Of a DNA stretch of 64,000 nt, positions 36,980 through 47,639 are shown piece by piece. The notes beneath the pieces were generated by a model that did not search any database, was not told the origin of the DNA, and worked only from the letters and a program-made list of their open reading frames with translations. Both the position numbers and the translations under genes were made by a program. Position 1 is the stretch's first letter; each line of letters starts with the position of its first letter. The stretch comes from Rebecca billardiae RCC1528 (taxonomy: Eukaryota; Protista; Haptophyta). The stretch spans positions 1,736,001 to 1,800,000 of the forward strand of contig OZ251232.1 of assembly GCA_965240325.2 (NCBI GenBank). The letters run 5' to 3'.

Positions 36980-37289
36980 GTCAGACTCTGACTCTCAATA
37001 TCTGCCGTACTGCGTCGGCCGCTCCGAGCGGCGATGACTGATGCGTCTGACTGAGTTAGCTCGGTCCTACCGCCTGTAGTATTACTGTCCGCCAGCCGCG
37101 GCATCATTATCAATTACATGCGGTCGTCTACTACAATACACTAGCGGCTAGTAGTAGCTACCCTCCGTCAGCAATCATCAGCCTAGTTCTTCCGGCCACA
37201 CGGCGCCTCCATCCACGATGCCCGATGACGCGACGACGTGCCGGCGGCGCCAAGCCTCTCTGGTGCTGACTGCTGATGGCATGATGCGC

Positions 37290-37863
37290 GACATGCGGCG
37301 GCGTCAAGCTGCCGTGGTGGATTATGCAGTTGGCAAGGCCAATGGCGGTCATAACATGCGGTTGGCAAGCCACCCGCGCGCCCTGCACCGCTGCACGTGC
37401 TCGAGCTCGGCGTCGTCATGTTATGCAGCTGCCGCACCGTCACTGTCTTGCCGACAGCCGAAGGGCGAGCACGACGGCGGCGCGCGACCGCATCCGAGGC
37501 GAGCATCACCGGATGTGCAGCAAGACGGTTCGATGCCAGCTGGACGATCATGGAGCCGTGCATGTCCCTGCAGAGCTGGCCGTGCCTCCGACGGCGGGCC
37601 GGCCGCTGCTGCCAGCGACTACGACACACCCAACATGGCTGGTAAGCTAGTGGTATGAGTGTTGGCTTGACCATCTGACGCCCGTGGCCGCGTCGCGCGA
37701 GTGAACGCTCGTCGACTTTGACGGCTTCCTTGCGCCCGCCGGCTCGAGCGCCCCGACAACGCCGACGTCGCTCGCACACACCACCCAAGGCCAAGTGCGC
37801 GAGGAGCAAGTCACGCCAGTCACGCCCGCCTTTCGCTTGTTGCTTTTCGTCGCGCCCAATGAC
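37290..37863 (+). repeat. Family-Z repeat fragment; diverged inverted copy at ~38335-39020
   Basis: For example 37680-37770 matches the reverse complement of 38410-38510, and 37325-37420 that of 38915-39002. Confidence 0.75.
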
Positions 37864-38063
37864 CAATACGGTTTGGCGCTTTTCGGCCAACTCAACAGAA
37901 GGATGTTCTGTTGAGTTGGCCGATCGGCGAGGGGGGGGGGGGTGGGCTCGACAACAGGGCCCAGGCTCTGTTGAGTTGAGCTTGGAGGCCAGCTGGACTC
38001 GACAGAAGAATGCTCTGTTGAGTCGGTCGGACGTTGGCGGCCTCTCGACAGAGCCCCGGTCTG

Positions 38064-39245
38064 CACTCTACTGAAGCGCGACTCGCTCGCTCGGGCCGAA
38101 AATCTGGCGAAATCTGCATCTTTCAGACTCTTTCAGACTTTTTCGGGACTAAGCACCAGATCGCACCAGATCGATAACAATCTGCACTCTACTAAAGCGC
38201 GACTCGCTCGCTCGGCAAAAAATCTGGCGAAATCTGCATCTTTCAGACTCTTTCAGACTTTTTCGGGACTAAGCACCAGATCGACATCTGCCAGATCGAC
38301 ATCTGCCGCCGCGCTCCGGACTGTCTGTGTCCGGACTGTGGTTGGGCGCGGCGAGCGAAAAGCGATGGCGGGCGTGCCTTGCGCCCCGCGCGCTCAACCT
38401 TTGGGTGACGGCGTGCTCGCGACGTCGGCGTTGTCGGGGCGGTCGAGCCGGCGGGCACAGGGAGGCCGTCAAAGTCGACGAGCGTTCGCTCGCGCGACGC
38501 GGCCGCGGGCGTTCGGATGGTCCGGCCAGCACTCGTCCCAGCGCTGCGGCGTGTCGTCGTCCCGGTCGGCGTCGGCAGCGGCCGGCCCGCCGCAGAGCAC
38601 GGCCAGCTCTGCAGGGACATGCACTGCTCCATGAGCGTCCAGCTGGCATCGAACCGTCTCGCTGCACATCGGCTGATGTTCGCCTCGGATGCGGGCCGCG
38701 CGCCGCCGTCGTGCTCGCCCTTCGGCTGTCGGCAAGACAGGGACGATGCCAGCTGCATGAGATGACGACGCCGCAGCTCGAGCACGTGCTGGCATCGAAC
38801 CGTCTCGCTGCACATCCGCTGACGTTCGCCTCGGATGCGGCCGCGCGCCGCCGCTCGAGCTCGCCCTTCGGCTGCCGGCAAGACAGGGACGATGGCAGCT
38901 CAGCATGAGATGACGATGACGCCGCAGCTCGAGCACGTGCAGGGCGCGCGGGTGGCTTGCCAACCGCGTGCTATGACCGGCGTTGGCCTTGCCAGCTGCA
39001 TTATCTATGACGACAACGCGCCGACCTCGAGCGCACGGTCGCGCGGGCCGAACAACACTTTGCAGCACTCTTCCAAGCCGCCTCACAGCCGGTCAACGCA
39101 GCCGGCGCGGCCCGGCACGACGTCGACTGCCGCCAGGCGAGCGGGGCTCCGAGGTGTCCTTGTCAAGTGCGGTGGTGACGCCCGCATGGTCCTTGCCCGA
39201 TGGGCCGGCCGCGCCCGCCCGGGACGAGCGGGGCAGAACAGCCTA
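38064..39245. mobile_element. 1.18-kb insertion in the left arm only (120-bp tandem duplication plus inverted family-Z sequence)
   Basis: Absent from the right arm; GTCTG at both junctions (38059-38063, 39246-39250); duplicated unit 38060-38180 / 38181-38283. Confidence 0.7.
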
Positions 39246-40959
39246 GTCTGTTGAGTTGATCGTTGGTGGACACCGGTGATGGGGGTGCCTTGGGGCGCAC
39301 CGACGGCGTAAAGGCGCTGCGGGCGCTGCGGTGCGCGCGACGGCGGCGCGCCCGGTGGCGCTGCTGTTGGAAGCTACTGCGCCCCTCTCCACCTCGCGCG
39401 CTTCGCTCGTCGTCGCCGTCTCCGCACCTGCTACCGGCATGCACGCGTGCGCAGCGCCTCGGACGCCCGTTGACGGCGCGCGCCCCGGCAACCGCCCATC
39501 ACCGGCGGCGGCGAGTGCTGTTGCGGTTGGATGGAATCGGATGGTCTGCTGATAGTTGGACCAACCAACCAACGCCCTCGGTGGGCTTGGGCTTTGGTGT
39601 ACGGAGCGTTCGGTGGAACTTGAGCCTCGGCACATTTCCCAGCGAAGTGGCCCACCTCGACGTGGCTGGCACGCTCGTCACGCGCTCCCGAGCGCTCGTT
39701 TCGCGGTGCCGCAGGCCTTGGGCAGACCAGTCAGACATGGCGCGACCGCATTACCGGGCCATGTGCGCACCACATCCGCGCTACGTGGCCTGCGCTCTGG
39801 ACGACTGGGAGTCAATGCCCGGACCCACTGCATTCCACTGCCCCGCATGCACCCCGAGTCACCGTCAGAAGGCGTCGACGAGCGCAGAGCGGGTGCGCGG
39901 GAGTTCAACCAACTCGTGTACCTTCTTGCAAGCACCAGTGGCGAGGTCGCACGCCCAATCGTGACCAGCCGTGGAACTTGAGCCGGTCGGCAGCAAAACC
40001 ACCGTGTGGCGGCCGAGATGAAGTAGCAGCGTGCGACTGCAAGGAGGAGGCGCGGTGCGTGTCCGCGGCTGGCGAGAGGCGTCCGGACCGTGATGTTCTC
40101 GGCCGCGTCCGCGCGCTTCCCGCCACCGCAGGCCCCGTGTACGCCCGTCGTCGCCCTCGCCGCGTGGGGCGTGGGCGCCCACCGAGCTCAAGTCCCATGG
40201 CAAGGAAGTACTGTACTGATCTACAGTTTACTATGATACAGTACGTAGTAAGATTTAACGTGCACACTTGGTTCAACAGTACGTAGTGATCTTGACAATG
40301 TGGCCGTGCACGCGGCAACAGGGCTCAGGCGGCCCAGTTGTCGAGTGCAGGCGTGTGTGGCTTGCGATGGCAGCCAGCCGTCAGCCGGGGCGCCACGCCC
40401 ACGGTTCGCTGGTGGGCTGGCCCGATGGCGTCGCAGAGCTCACGCGTACGGGGGAGGAGGGCATCGACGAGGAGACGACCAAGGGCGAGAAGCAGCCGGG
40501 GGCACGCAGCACGGGGCTCGGAGCATGCCGCCAGCACGCGTGCCTCCACACCGTCGCACGTCACCCTTGCTCGTAGCTGTGCGCTGTGCTGCACTCATCT
40601 CACCATCGCCCATGCTACGGGCGCGGCCGGGTGGTGGACATCTACCTGTCGGCGCAGCACTGGCATCGGTGGTCGCCAGACACTTCTCGACTTGCTCTGC
40701 GCGTGACAGCAAGGAGACGGCAGCGCCACAGCTGTGTGAGCAGATGTCAGGTGCTGCTCTGCTCAGTGAGGCTGATAGACTGAGCACGCATGGCGGGCGC
40801 TGGCATTCCCCCGCATCCATGAGCCCAACAGGTGCATAGCCGTGCCCAGGAGCGCAGGACCAACCGCCCGGTGCTGCTTCAAACACCTGCGCCCCACGCT
40901 GCAGGCAGGATGAGGGGCGCTCGACTCTACGCCGCACGCGGCGGCAGCAGCTGGGCCGC

Positions 40960-43600
40960 TGGGATGGTCCTGCGCGGATGACGGCGGTCGCCGCGGCTGA
41001 CAGCTTGGTGTCACTGGTTCGACGGGCCTGGACGACGGACGCGCCGAGCACGGTGACGCTGTTCGATGCGCCCACGGCACTGCCCAGCGCGCTGGAGGCG
41101 TCGCCATCTGGTGCTGCTGTGCCTGCGCCCAGCTTGGGCAGCAGCAGCTGCGCTCAACTCCCCGCCGCGGGCAGCGGCAGGGATGGTGCCACGGCGGGCG
41201 GCGGCGGTCGACGTAGCTGTCAGCTCGGCGGTGCACGCCCGAGGGGCGTGGGCGCTGGACGCACCGAGCGCGGTGACGCTGCTCGCCTCGACCATCGCGC
41301 TGGAGCCGCTGCCATCCGGTGCTGCTGCGCCCGCGCCCAGCCGGGGCATCAGCAGCTGCGCTCAACTCCGCGCCGTGTGCGGCAGCAGCAGCAGGGATGG
41401 TGCCACGGCGGGCGGCGGCGGTCCACGGAGCTGTCAGCTCGGCGGTGCACGCCCGAGGGGCGTGGGCGGTGGGCGCATCGAGCGCCGTGACGCTGCTCGC
41501 CTCGCCCATCGCGCTGGAGCCGCTGCCATCCGGTGCTGCTGCGCCCGCGCGGGCAGCAGCAGCAGCGCTCGACTCCGCGCCGCGTGCGGCGGCAGCAGCA
41601 GGGATGGTGCCACGGCGGGCGGCGGCGGTCGACGGAGCTGTCAGCTCGGCGGTGCACGCCCGAGGGGCGTGGGCGGTGGGCGTACCGAGCGCCGTGGCGC
41701 TGCTCGCCTCGCCCATGGCGCTGGAGCCGCTGCCATCCGACGCTGCTGCGCCCGCGCCCAGCCGTGGCAGCAGCAGCAGCGCTCGACTCCGCGCCGCGTG
41801 CGGCGGCAGCAGCAGGGATGGTGCCACGGCGGGCGGCGGCGGTCGACGTAGCTGGAAGCTCGGCGGTGCACGCCCAAGGGGCGTGGGCGCTGGACGCACC
41901 GAGCGCCGTGACGCTGCTCGCCTCGCCCATCGCGCTGGAGCCGCTGCCATCCGGTGCTGCTGCGCCCGCGCCCAGCCGTGGCAGCAGCAGCAGCGCTCGA
42001 CTCCGCGCCGCGTGCGGCGGCAGCAGCAGGGATGGTGCCACGGCGGGCGGCGGCGGTCGACGCAGCTGTCAGCTCGGCGGTTCACGCCCGAGGGGCGTAG
42101 GCGCTGGACGCACCGAGCGCCGTGACGCTGCTCGCCTCGCCCATCGCGCTGGAGCCGCTGCCATCCGGTGCTGCTGCGCCCGCGCCCAGCTTGGGCAGCA
42201 GCAGCAGCGCTCGACTCCGCGCCGCGTGCGGCGGCAGCAGCAGGGATGGTGCCACGGCGGGCGGCGGCGGTCGTCGTAGCTGGAAGCTCGGCGGTGCACG
42301 CCCGAGGGGCGTGGGCGCTGGACGCACCGAGCGCCGTGACGCTGCTCGCCTCGCCCATCGCGCTGGAGCCGCTACCATCCGGTGCTGCTGCGCCCGCGCC
42401 CAGCCGTGGCAGCAGCAGCAGCGCTCGACTCCGCGCCGCGTGCGGCGGCAGCAGCAGGGATGGTGCCACGGCGGGCGGCGGCGGTCGACGCAGCTGTCAG
42501 CTCGGCGGTGCACGCCCGAGGGGCGTGGGCGCTGGACGCACCGAGCGCCGTGACGCTGCTCGCCTCGCCCATCGCGCTGGAGCCGCTGCCATCCGGTGCT
42601 GCTGCGCCCGCGCCCAGCTTGGGCAGCAGCAGCAGCGCTCGACTCCGCGCCGCGTGCGGCGGCAGCAGCAGGGATGGTGCCACGGCGGGCGGCGGCGGTC
42701 GTCGTAGCTGGAAGCTCGGCGGTGCACGCCCGAGGGGCGTGGGCGCTGGACGCACCGAGCGCCGTGACGCTGCTCGCCTCGCCCATCGCGCTGGAGCCGC
42801 TACCATCCGGTGCTGCTGCGCCCGCGCCCAGCCGTGGCAGCAGCAGCAGCGCTCGACTCCACGCCGCGTGCGGCGGCAGCAGCAGGGATGGTGCCACGGC
42901 GGGCGGCGGCGGTCGACGCAGCTGTCAGCTCGGCGGTGCACGCCCGAGGGGCGTGGGCGCTGGACGCACCGAGCGCCGTGACGCTGCTCGCCTCGCCCAT
43001 CGCGCTGGAGCCGCTGCCATCCGGTGCTGCTGCGCCCGCGCCCAGCTTGGGCAGCAGCAGCAGCGCTCGACTCCGCGCCGCGTGCGGCAGCAGCAGCAGG
43101 GATGGTGCCACGGCGGGCGGCGGCGATCGACGGAGCTGGAAGCTCGGCGGTGCACGCCCGAGGGGCGTGGGCGGTGGGCGCACCGAGCGCGGTGCCGCTG
43201 CTCGCCTCGCCCATGGCGCTCGAGCCGCTGCCATCCGACGCTGCTGCGCCCGCGCCCAGCTTGGGCAGCAGCGGCTGCGCTCGACTCCGCGCCGCGTGCG
43301 GCGGCAGCAGCAGGGATCGTGCTACGGTGGGCGACGGTGGTCTCTAGAGCTGAAAGCTCGGCGGTGTGCGCCTGAGGGCCCTGGGCGGCGGGCGCATTGA
43401 GCGCGCTGACGCCTCTCGCCTCGCCTGGCGCGCTGGAGACGCTCCCATCCGATGCTGCTGCGCCTGCGCCCTGGCGCGCTGAGTGCGGCTGCAGCATCAG
43501 GGATGGCGCCACGGCGGGCGGGCGCCGGTGGATGCAGCTATCAGCTCGGTGCTGCACGCGCGAGGGGCCTGGGCGGAAGGCGCGCGCAATGCAGTGACGC
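40960..43600 (-). repeat. 214-bp tandem satellite, ~12 units, with a 428-bp dimeric higher-order core
   Basis: Period 214 (CCCGAGGGGC at 42301 and 42515); alternating variants give ORF pairs 428 bp apart (42069/42497, 42168/42596, 42382/42810); degenerate edges. Confidence 0.95.
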
Positions 43601-43867
43601 TGATACACGCAAGCCCGGCGGCGCAGACCCGAGTCGTAGCCCGGCAGGTAGGCGGCACAGTAGTAGCGTAGTTTTCGTCACGGCATCGATCAGCATCGAT
43701 CACGCGCATCATCACTGGCTACGACATCAGCGCATCCCGGCCTACACGGGACGGAGGCGGAGTGGCGTATATATATATATATCGCGTCGATCAGACTGAC
43801 GCAGTCCGCGCGCAACTGAGCATCAGCAGGCAGTCCGACCGGGCCGTCTCCCGATCCGCGGCCACCG

Positions 43868-44793
43868 TTCGTCCGAGGCCTGTTTTATTTCTACGAGAGC
43901 CCAAAGGCGACATTCGCCAAAACGCGGTACAATGGCGGCTTGCCCGCTGGTGCGGGCCCCGGAGCTAGTTCGGAGAAGTGATGGCACGTCATTCGCGCAT
44001 TCTCGTGTTGAGGCGCTGCGCTGTGGCGAAGGATGTTGTCAGACATGCTGATTCGCCTTGCCGTGGTGCTTCGCCTTGACACAGGGGTCACTCGCGGTGC
44101 ACGGCAGTGTGCACGATGCAGCGGCGGCGAGCGGCGGCAAACCGCTGCAGCTGGAGGCCCTCTGCAAGCTGCAAGCACTCTGCCTTGGCTGCTGCGTCGC
44201 ACCCGTGTCAGTTAGCGACCAGTTCACAGCCAGATGGACTGCAATCGCCACCAGCTCTAAACGCTCCGCCGCCACTACCTTGTCGAGCTTGAGATGCTTC
44301 CGTTCGGCGTGCGCTTGCTTGCAGCTTGCCGCCTGCATTTGAACGTGATCGCGGAAGGTTAGTAGGCCGGATGCTCAGGCCTCCTCGGCGTATAATATTA
44401 CAAGGTGCGTGCCACGCGCACCCATGACGCGCGGAAAGGCGTGCACAAGCGTCCTGGCGCATCTTTCAGGCTGCAGTCTTGGCCAAGATGATGAGAACAA
44501 GCCTGCCAGTGCCGCGCAGGCGCGAGCGCGCGGAGAGTTCTGGGATCCGACCCATGGTGTTGGGTGTACCTCGTGTGCGACAACGACGAGGCGGACGAGC
44601 GCCGCAACTGGATTCGTGCACTCACCGGTCACCGAGGAGTGCACGAATCGCATTCCTTGCGCACGTGGGGGCCGCCATCGGCCGTGAGAGGTACACCCAA
44701 CGGGGCGTGACACCGATTCCCACTGGCGGGCACGGGTTTGTCGCCGTGACATAGTAAATGGAATCTGGTAGAAATAAAACAGGCCCCGACGAA
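43868..44793 (+). ncRNA. Candidate ~925-nt highly structured non-coding RNA
   Basis: Nested perfect helices: 43877-43894/44768-44785 (18 bp), 44164-44177/44316-44329 (14), 44559-44572/44688-44701 (14), 44611-44623/44637-44649 (13). Additional G-U-containing helices. No credible ORF. Expression is not shown. Confidence 0.55.
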
Positions 44794-45201
44794 GTCACAT
44801 CACCACACCGTCACAGCGCAGATATATATATATCCGGAGCATACATATACGCAGTCGTGATGCCTGATGGCGCCACGGTTGTGCTGGCGGCTCACAGTCA
44901 CACTCGATCAGTCGTCGCGTCCGGGTATAATAATAAGTGCGATGAAGCAGTACTTAGTATGAGTATAGTCTGCTGCGCTGATGGCTTAGCAGTCGTCGAT
45001 CTGCTTATTACGACTACTGCTGTTCTTAGTCTTACGGGCGGACTATACGGCTCAATAAACTCAATGATGTAGCAGCGCGCAGTAGTCGACATCACTCATC
45101 AGAGTAATAAGCTCAGTGACTAAGCTGACGACGATGAGGCGACTACGTGACGCGCGCAGTACTAGATCCGCGCCGACCGTCAGCTTATAGGCGTCATATT
45201 A

Positions 45202-47510
45202 TGGCCCGCGGTGCAGGGCGGAGCGCGCAGCGTGGAGCCCGCACCAGCGGGCCGGAACCACGTTTCAAAAAGATCTTTGATCAAGAAAAAGGGACGCGGG
45301 GGCCGATTTTTAGGGCTGGCGGAGACCGAGTTTCGAATTTTGAGACCCTCTCTACAGATGCATCACGGAGAAAAAAACCGCGTCCACGACATTCCCCTAA
45401 TCAATCGTGGACGGCCGGGCGTGAGAGTTCACTTCTGTGTGAAGTAGGACGGTTACAAGTCCAATACAAGCGTCAGCTTCTTTGAGGCTATTTTTGCACG
45501 TCCTTACGGGATCAGCGAAGTAACCAACCGATATATATTGGCTTCGTCGGGGTCGTATTCACTACTGGAGAACATTTGCACCGCGCTTCGTATTCATATG
45601 TATGGTTCACGCAGGCATAAAATCGCTTCATCGGGGTCGTATCCACTATACTGGAGAACATCATTTGCACCGCTTCGTTTTCATCGAGCAGAATATCATC
45701 GATATTCATCAGGCGCACGTGTGCGTATTCATCATCAGCCTTCGGGAATTGGGAGTAGCTATTGGCCTTTGCCCTCTGGCGAGCCAGTTGTGCGCACTTT
45801 AAGAGCAGGCCTGAGCAGGCTCGAGGCCACTTTTTTGCCGCTCACGTGGACATGATGCCGAGCACGTCTCACGAGGTGCGCGCGGCGAGTGGCGTCTGGA
45901 GCGCGCGGCTGTGGTGGGCCCCGACGGCCGTCGACATCGCGTTCGTGCCCCGCTCACTCTGAACTCCGCGCGCCCCCGCCGCCCTATCGATCGATCATCG
46001 ATGCCTGCGCGCGGAATCGTGCACCGCGCGTGCCGCCCGCGACCGGCCGCGGCAGGCCCGAGCCGCCCTTTCGGGCTCTCGCAAGCACGGGGGCAGCGGC
46101 GCCTGATGGCGGACTGATCGACATCTGAGTCTCCGACTTCACCACGCGCCCCCCTCGTCATGCCTTCCCGGGGTCTCCCACGGAAGACGGACTAACCGAG
46201 CAGGCGACGGTACTGTCTGTACGCTGCCGTGACACACGCCACACACGGCGCCTGGGCAGCGGGCAGTGGTGGCGGGGTCCCGCGGACGTCAGTCTTCCCC
46301 TCGCGCCCTGCTCACCTCGAGTGCGCCGCCACGCGCCTCCGCACGCGTGTCCCATCGATGCGCAGAGCGGCATGCTTGCATGAAAGTTGAAATGGCTGGG
46401 TCATCAGCCCGCGCCGGCAAGTCTGTCTAGCGCTGGACGGACGGACATAGGAGGACGAGCAGCGCGGGCGACGGTGGTGCGCGACGCTCCCAGAGCTGGC
46501 CGTGCCTCTGCGACGCGTGCCGAGCCTGACCGAGGTGTGTCACCCGGTCCACGCGCGGCGCGCGCGAAGGCACCGGTGCTGTGGCTGCTCGGCTCGAATC
46601 CGCGGCCTCGCCTGGCACCGCGGCACCGTGCTCCCTGGCTGTCAGCTCCGCGTGGCCTGGCGTGCACGTAGAGTTGCGCTCATGCGTCGATCACGCCTCG
46701 CGCCCGCCTGTCGGCCGTCGCGCAGGCGCTGGTCGAACCCTACTCGGACCAGTGCAAATCATCTATCCCGTGGCCGCTGCCGGCGCGCGGTGACGGGACA
46801 GCGCGGTCAGCAGCAGGCGCAGCGGCCCGAACGAATCCGCGGCCCCGCACCGTGCTCCCTGGCTGTCTGCTCCGCGTGGCCTGGCGTGCACGTGGAGTCG
46901 CGCTCATGCGTCGATCACGCCTCGTCGCATCCGCCTGTACACAATATCGGCGCCGCGGCGGCGGCTCGCGGTCAGCAGCAGGCGCAGCGGCCCGAACGAA
47001 TCCGCGGCCCCGCACCGTGCTCCCTGGCTGTCTGCTCCGCGTGGCCTGGCGTGCACGTGGAGTCGCGCTCATGCGTCGATCACGCCTCGTCGCATCCGCC
47101 TGTACACAATATCGGCGCCGCGGCGGCGGCTGTGACTGGGCCCGCCCGGCCCCGGGCGCCCCGGCGGCCCGGCGCGGCCGAGGCGGCGGCGCGCCGCTGG
47201 AGTCTACTGCTACAGTTTACTAAGAATAAGAGACGCACACAGCTCAGGCAGGCGAGATTGACGCCCGCCAGCTGTCACCGCCCATGAAGCCGTCGCCGAT
47301 GGTAGCGCCGCCGGAAAAAAATCGTTACATCAGTAGTTGTACGGGCATGCCAACCGTGCCATTACTGGTCTCACTCTCAGCCTCAGGTCTGTCCGAATCG
47401 GACAATCGTGAAATTGAATAGAGTTAGACGACTGCGCGACGGAGGGTGCACCGCCACCGCGGGCCCCGAACTACGTTCGTTCTACGGAAAAGGACCGCGG
47501 AACGCGGTCA
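45202..47510 (+). mobile_element. Non-autonomous element, copy B (same ends as 25587-27179, different interior)
   Basis: Shared 5' ~145 bp and 3' ~55 bp ending in hairpin GACCGCG-GAA-CGCGGTC; TCATAT at 45194-45199 and 47511-47516 is a possible TSD. Confidence 0.75.
46802..47130 (+). repeat. 2 x 165-bp tandem duplication (diverged partial copy at ~46595-46700)
   Basis: CGCGGTCAGCAGCAGG at 46802 and 46967. Confidence 0.9.
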
Positions 47511-47639
47511 TCATATCCGGGCACCGTGCTACACTCCGGCGCGACACGGTCAGCTGGTCAGCAGCTAGTAGAGTCGTAGTTTATAACGACCGGTCGTCGG
47601 CGTGCCAAGCAGTACTCAGCACCGCCCGACCACCGCCGC

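Larger units (their letters stand above)
28927..37181 (+). repeat. Segmental duplication, copy 1 (paired with 55753-64000+)
   Basis: All ORFs recur at +26822 bp; near-identical except the first ~500 bp. Confidence 0.97.

Noticed and set aside
44290-44400. Fanzor/TnpB RuvC-III remnant (C..C..LNRD...AYNI-like) ahead of an omega-RNA
   Set aside because: It needs several frameshifts, no RuvC-I/II motifs are visible, and the same bases take part in RNA helices. Only an HMM search could revive it.
44555-44710. PH-domain-like peptide VYLVCDNDEADERRNWIRAL
   Set aside because: Short, no start codon or upstream domain, and coincides with the strongest helices; probably chance.
43868-44793. Hammerhead ribozyme, telomerase RNA, group II intron or simple MITE
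   Set aside because: No CUGANGA core on either strand, no CCCTAA-type template, no domain V, and no TSD.
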